Source: an uncultured delta proteobacterium (GTDB taxonomy: Bacteria > Desulfobacterota > Binatia > UBA9968). From it: DNA of 64,000 nucleotides. This document shows positions 59,649-64,000 of this stretch, piece by piece (the stretch's first letter is position 1; each line of letters starts with the position of its first letter). Location of the stretch: positions 64,001 to 128,000 of the forward strand of contig CAVYTU010000016.1 of the NCBI GenBank assembly GCA_963771465.1. The letters run 5' to 3'. The notes beneath the pieces are model-generated. The model saw nothing but the letters and a program-made list of their open reading frames with translations, was not told the DNA's origin and ran no database searches. A program made the translations under genes and the position numbers.

Positions 59649-60728
59649 ATGCGCGTCATCAATAGCCATTGCGGTCCGATTTTGTCGTCGTTGTTGGCGC
59701 TATTGCTCTACGCGCAGCCTGTCACCGCACAGACCGAAGAGAAAGTACTAGAAGAAATCAATCAGTTGCCCGAAGCGGAGCGCCAAGCTCGCTTGATTGC
59801 CGGCGCGAAAAAGGAAGGCGCGGTTACCTGGTACGTGGCGATGAACCGGGCTTTCGCCCAGGATTTGATCAACGGATTCGAAGCGCAATATCCGTTTCTA
59901 AAAGTCAACGCCCTAACCGGAGGCGGTGGGATGTTGCTGAACAAAGTTTTAACCGAGCACCGCGCCAAATCCCACATCTACGACGTTTTCAACACCCGCA
60001 GTATGACGGTGAACACGCTTAGAAAGGCCGGCGCCATCGCGCGCTACCGTAGTCCGCTGCGGGCGTCGTTACGCGATGGTTTCGCCGATAAGGAAGGTTT
60101 CGTTAACGGCATTTTCGCCACACCGCTGGTCTATATTTACAATTCTAAACTGGTCAATCGGAAAGAGATGCCGACTAGCGTCGAGGAACTCACCCAGCCC
60201 AAGTGGCTCGGCAAGATGGCCGTCGATGACGAGTCCTACGATTGGCTTGCGGCGCTGATGGATTACTACGGCGAAGCGAAAGGTTTGGAGCTTGCCGCCA
60301 AAGTCGGCCAGCAGCAGCTGCAACCGCGGCGCGGCTCGACCTTGATCACCCAACTCATTGCCGCCGGAGAATTCCTTCTGGAAATAGACGGCCATCATCA
60401 GGAAGCGATCGCCAAGAAAAAAGCCGGCGCACCCATCGACTATGTTTTTCCGCAGCCATTTGTGCCGGTGAAATCTATGGTACCGATTTATCTATCGTCG
60501 CGCCCGCCTCATCCACATGCGGCGGCGCTGATGGCCGATTTTCTCATGTCCAAACGCGGTCAAGATATCATGTATGGTCACGGCCGTTGGGTCGGCCACA
60601 AAAGCATCATCGGCAAAGGACCAGATGACATCGGCGATCGCAAAGTGGTCATCCCTTCGCCGGAAAAATGGGGCGACAGGTATCAGGAGCTGATCGGCAA
60701 CTTCAATAAATTGATTCTACGCAAGTGA
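59649..60728 (+). CDS. FbpA/AfuA-like solute-binding protein
   Basis: Signal peptide; GAKKEG, PHPHAAALMADF; AGGAG RBS. Confidence 0.85.
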   Translation: MRVINSHCGPILSSLLALLLYAQPVTAQTEEKVLEEINQLPEAERQARLIAGAKKEGAVTWYVAMNRAFAQDLINGFEAQYPFLKVNALTGGGGMLLNKVLTEHRAKSHIYDVFNTRSMTVNTLRKAGAIARYRSPLRASLRDGFADKEGFVNGIFATPLVYIYNSKLVNRKEMPTSVEELTQPKWLGKMAVDDESYDWLAALMDYYGEAKGLELAAKVGQQQLQPRRGSTLITQLIAAGEFLLEIDGHHQEAIAKKKAGAPIDYVFPQPFVPVKSMVPIYLSSRPPHPHAAALMADFLMSKRGQDIMYGHGRWVGHKSIIGKGPDDIGDRKVVIPSPEKWGDRYQELIGNFNKLILRK

Positions 60729-60762
60729 AGTAGACTGACGAAAACCCGAAAGGCACAGACGG

Positions 60763-61236
60763 TCAGCTTTTCAACCGGCCACCGCGTACAGTGGCGCCGA
60801 CGACGATCCCGGCGCTCACCAAGACCAGATTTTTGATGATGTATTGTCCTTCGAGTGTCGGGGCATAGGGAAGCTGGCTAAAAACTTCCTGCGGGAAAAT
60901 AAACAGCGGCGTAATCGTTCCCGCCATCTGTAGCCAGAGGAGCAATAGCGTGGCGCGCAAATAGACTCCCAAGATCAAACCCAGCCCGACGGCGCATTCC
61001 CAAACGGCGAGTAGGGTCAATGCCATTGGCGGCGGTACCCAGCCAAAACTGAGCACTTGTATCGTTCGCGCCGCCAAATCTTCCGCCGGACTCAAGCCGG
61101 GAAAGAATTTCAGAAAGCCGAACCAGAGAAAGATTATACCGACGCTCAGGCGCAGCAACGTAATGCCGTGGCGCGCCATATGGGCGGTTAGATTCTTGTC
61201 GAGCCGGTCTAAACGAGTCATCAGGGTGTTCACCAA
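60763..61236 (-). CDS. DoxX/DUF417-like membrane protein
   Basis: LLRLSVGIIFLWFGFLKF, TLEGQYIIKN. Confidence 0.8.
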   Translation of the reverse strand: MVNTLMTRLDRLDKNLTAHMARHGITLLRLSVGIIFLWFGFLKFFPGLSPAEDLAARTIQVLSFGWVPPPMALTLLAVWECAVGLGLILGVYLRATLLLLWLQMAGTITPLFIFPQEVFSQLPYAPTLEGQYIIKNLVLVSAGIVVGATVRGGRLKS

Positions 61237-61432
61237 AGCTCCTTCGCCAAGTCTCTAATCAAAGCAAATCTCTTGATCCATGCAATAGGCGTCGGCGAAT
61301 AGGAACGGGCTTCCCCATGCTTCTGGTCATCGTGCGATTCTTGGCAAGCCGTGAAGCTTGTTATACAGTCCGGCCTAGTTCGCGGAACATTTTTTCCGCG
61401 CACGGCGCAACAGCCAGGGCAGGGGGATTCGT

Positions 61433-62464
61433 ATGGAAGTAAAGTCGGTCAAGGAACGGAACACCGAATTGATGATGCATAGCGTCAAGTTCGCCAAAGA
61501 CGAACAGGCGCGGCGCAAGGGGCAGGAGATTCTTTTCAAATGGCCGGATATCGAGAAGCAACTGGGCGAGCATAAACATATTTACGTCGTCGACGCGCGG
61601 CTCGGTTCGAACAATCACACCCATCGCCTTTGGTACGATGTCATTCCGCCGCACACGGAGGAAGGCCAGGAATGGCGCACCCTCGGCCATCGCCACACAG
61701 TAGAAGCGATCATTTATTTTCTTAAAGGCCACGGCCACAGCATCATCGACGGCGTACGCTACGACTGGGGACCGGGCGATTTGTTGAGCGTGCCGATGTT
61801 TTCTTGGCACCGCCATGTCAACGACGGCGATGAGCCGGTGCTGCGCATCGCGTCGACCACAGGACCGTTGTCATTGGGCTTGGGTCAAGCGGTTTACGAA
61901 GACGAACGCTATCCTGAGTTCTGGGTTTATGCTCAGGAAGGCGAGGACGCGCGCAAAACATTGATCCCAGGCGGCGGATCGGCCGAAACCGGCAAGGTGG
62001 CCAACAACCGCGCCGCGGAAATGTACGCCGAGCAGGTCGGTTTCGCCATGCACGAAGAACAGCTCAGGCGGAACAGCAAAGTTTTGGTGAAACAGAAAGA
62101 CCTGGTTTTCGAGCCGACAGCCATGGGCAACGTCGCTTACGTCGTCGATCCGCGCATCGGTTTTCACAGCAAGGCTCTTGGCGTGGTCATGGCGGAAATA
62201 CCTCCCGGCAAACGCTCCGGCGCCCATCGGCATCTTTACGATGAAATCGATTTGATCGTCGGCGGCAAGGGCAAAGTGATCGTCGAAGACAAGTCGTTCG
62301 ATTTCGACACCCTGGACGTGCTGTCGATTCCCGTCTTTCAGTGGCATCAATATTTCAACACCGGCACCGAGCCACTGCGCATTCTCGGTATCAACACGCG
62401 GCTAGCGATGGACAATCTCGGTTTGTCGTTGACGCACCAGGGCGAGAAGGCGGATTATGTCTGA
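61433..62464 (+). CDS. Bicupin, gentisate-1,2-dioxygenase-like
   Basis: HRHTVE..W.PGD..VP..SWHRH and HRHLYDE..IP..QWHQY. Confidence 0.7.
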   Translation: MEVKSVKERNTELMMHSVKFAKDEQARRKGQEILFKWPDIEKQLGEHKHIYVVDARLGSNNHTHRLWYDVIPPHTEEGQEWRTLGHRHTVEAIIYFLKGHGHSIIDGVRYDWGPGDLLSVPMFSWHRHVNDGDEPVLRIASTTGPLSLGLGQAVYEDERYPEFWVYAQEGEDARKTLIPGGGSAETGKVANNRAAEMYAEQVGFAMHEEQLRRNSKVLVKQKDLVFEPTAMGNVAYVVDPRIGFHSKALGVVMAEIPPGKRSGAHRHLYDEIDLIVGGKGKVIVEDKSFDFDTLDVLSIPVFQWHQYFNTGTEPLRILGINTRLAMDNLGLSLTHQGEKADYV

Positions 62465-62497
62465 GTTGGGCTGCGATTAGATGATAAAACGAAACCT

Positions 62498-62533
62498 GTT
62501 CACAGCGTTCAAAATGTTCACGTCGATCAAAAC
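62498..62533. repeat. Degenerate nonamer array
   Basis: GTTCACAGC GTTCAAAAT GTTCACGTC GATCAAAAC. Confidence 0.7.
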
Positions 62534-62556
62534 GTTTTAAGCTAGGGGAGACTCCG

Positions 62557-63708
62557 GTGGAAGTTAAATTTGGTTTGTTTAGTTGCGATTCCCACGCGCA
62601 GTTGGACCGTGACGCGTGGACCAAGCGGATGTCGAAGGACAAGTGGGGCGATCGGATTCCGCAGATCGTCGAGGTTAACGAGGACGGCAAGACCGTGGAC
62701 CGATGGATCGTCAACGGCAAGGTGCGCACTGAATGGGTGTGCAACTGTCCGGCGGCGATGGAAGGCGGCGTGGCGCGCGGTTATTATCCGCGGCGCTGGG
62801 AAGAGGTGCCGAAGATCGTTTACGATCCGGCCCAGCGCTTGAAAGCGTTGGATGACGATCGCGTCGACGGCGAGGTGCTTTATCCCAACGGCCCGGTGTC
62901 GAATTTTGCCTTTCTCCAAGCCGACGCCGAGTTCGAGCTGGCTTGTGTGCGAGCGTACAACGACGCGCTGGCCGAGTGGCGCGAAGTGAGCGACCGCTAT
63001 GTTCCCATGGCGATTATTCCCTACATGAACGAGATTGACGTAGTTGTCGCCGAAGTCGAGCACGCGGTTAAGCGCGGCCATCGCGGCGTGGTCATGCTCG
63101 CCGAGCCGGCTTTCACCAAGAAAGGCTTGAAGCGCATGAACGATCCCTACTGGGAACCGCTCTGGGCCTGTTGCCAAGACTTGGGCATTCCCATGCACTG
63201 GCATGGTTCGTCCGGCTTGACTCAGCAGCTGTCTTTGCCGAAGTGGGATGGCTTCTCAAAAAAGGAAATGCATACGGTTTCCACTTCGCGCCTGTGCGCG
63301 ACGCCGGCGCAGCTGATTCCAAACTTGATCTTCTCCGGAATCCTCGACCGCTATCCGCGCCTCAATTGGGCCTGCGCCGAGACCGGGTTCGGTTGGGTTA
63401 GTTACGTGCTCGAGGCGAGCGATCACGAGTGGGAGCAGCGTCAGCTGTGGAAGGAAGGGGTCAAGACAAAACCGAGCGAAGTATTTCGCCGGCAGATCTA
63501 CGTCGACTTCTGGTATGAGAAGGCGGGTATCGAACTGCGCGAGCTAGTCGGCGTCGACAATATTATGTGGGAGTCGGACTATCCGCATATCGCCGCGACC
63601 TATCCCAAGTCTTGGAGTTTCGTCGAAGACTCGCTCGTCGGCGTGCCGGAAGACGAGCGCAAGAAGTTGTGTTATGGCAACGCGATGAGGCTCTACGGGC
63701 TTACGTAG
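62557..63708 (+). CDS. Amidohydrolase_2 family protein
   Basis: SCDSH, EVLYP, AETGFGW, WESDYPH. Confidence 0.9.
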   Translation: MEVKFGLFSCDSHAQLDRDAWTKRMSKDKWGDRIPQIVEVNEDGKTVDRWIVNGKVRTEWVCNCPAAMEGGVARGYYPRRWEEVPKIVYDPAQRLKALDDDRVDGEVLYPNGPVSNFAFLQADAEFELACVRAYNDALAEWREVSDRYVPMAIIPYMNEIDVVVAEVEHAVKRGHRGVVMLAEPAFTKKGLKRMNDPYWEPLWACCQDLGIPMHWHGSSGLTQQLSLPKWDGFSKKEMHTVSTSRLCATPAQLIPNLIFSGILDRYPRLNWACAETGFGWVSYVLEASDHEWEQRQLWKEGVKTKPSEVFRRQIYVDFWYEKAGIELRELVGVDNIMWESDYPHIAATYPKSWSFVEDSLVGVPEDERKKLCYGNAMRLYGLT

Positions 63709-63770
63709 AATCACCATGGTGCAACAATCACTAAAGCCGAGCATGACAACCAAAGAGAAGTAACATCACA

Positions 63771-64000
63771 ATGAACAATAGTTTTATCAGCGTCGATGAA
63801 CATGTCCAGGAACATCCCGAGGTCTGGATCAAAAGAATGTCGCGGGCCAAGTGGGGTGAGCGGATTCCGCATGTTGAGCACAGTTCAAACGGCGTCGAGA
63901 GTTGGGTCGTCGACGGTCGGAAGATCGATCTAGCCGGCGTCGCCGATTGCGGCGCGGCGATGGCGGATCGGACGCAAAACCCGCAGCGTTGGGCCGACGT
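63771..64000 (+). CDS. Amidohydrolase_2 family protein, truncated by the window edge
   Basis: MNNSFISVDEHVQEHPEVWIKRMSRAKWGERIP..., paralogous to the N-terminus of the preceding gene. Confidence 0.8.
   Translation, partial: MNNSFISVDEHVQEHPEVWIKRMSRAKWGERIPHVEHSSNGVESWVVDGRKIDLAGVADCGAAMADRTQNPQRWAD

Noticed and set aside
1-64000. CRISPR array, tRNA, rRNA or known riboswitch
   Set aside because: No repeat-spacer periodicity, cloverleaf or riboswitch core was recognised by eye, including a cobalamin riboswitch upstream of the RdhA-like gene; Infernal was not run

Overview
Gene-dense, moderately GC-rich bacterial chromosomal segment with about 58 CDS. I found no rRNA, tRNA or CRISPR. The gene style (many solitary NMT1/SsuA-type solute-binding proteins, Amidohydro_2 enzymes, LLM, PrpD, cupins) resembles uncultured soil Deltaproteobacteria such as Ca. 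Binatota; this is inference only. Housekeeping genes: ilvD, queF, dnaB. Notable blocks: (i) a mosaic island at ~8-16.8 kb with pobA, UPF0261, a transposase-like remnant, and a STAS/NOX-like reductase pair facing an SBP/SpoIIE-kinase/STAS partner-switching operon; (ii) an NAD-linked formate dehydrogenase operon that continues into a MobA-MoaD fusion and a tungsten-type aldehyde:ferredoxin oxidoreductase; (iii) a signal-peptide-bearing ATP-dependent DNA ligase; (iv) a 7Fe-ferredoxin-GlcG/HbpS fusion flanked by heptamer arrays; (v) a catabolic cluster at 53.8-64 kb built around a TAT-less reductive-dehalogenase-like cobalamin/Fe-S protein, with ferredoxin, bicupins, a cysteine hydrolase, amidohydrolases and a leaderless PBP2-fold protein. 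Non-coding signals include two sigma54 promoters (one driving an unannotated 54-aa membrane protein), DnaA-box-like repeats before dnaB, a 90-bp MITE-like hairpin and many short-period tandem repeats. Three genes carry frameshifts that may be sequencing errors. All product calls come from motif reading, without database searches.
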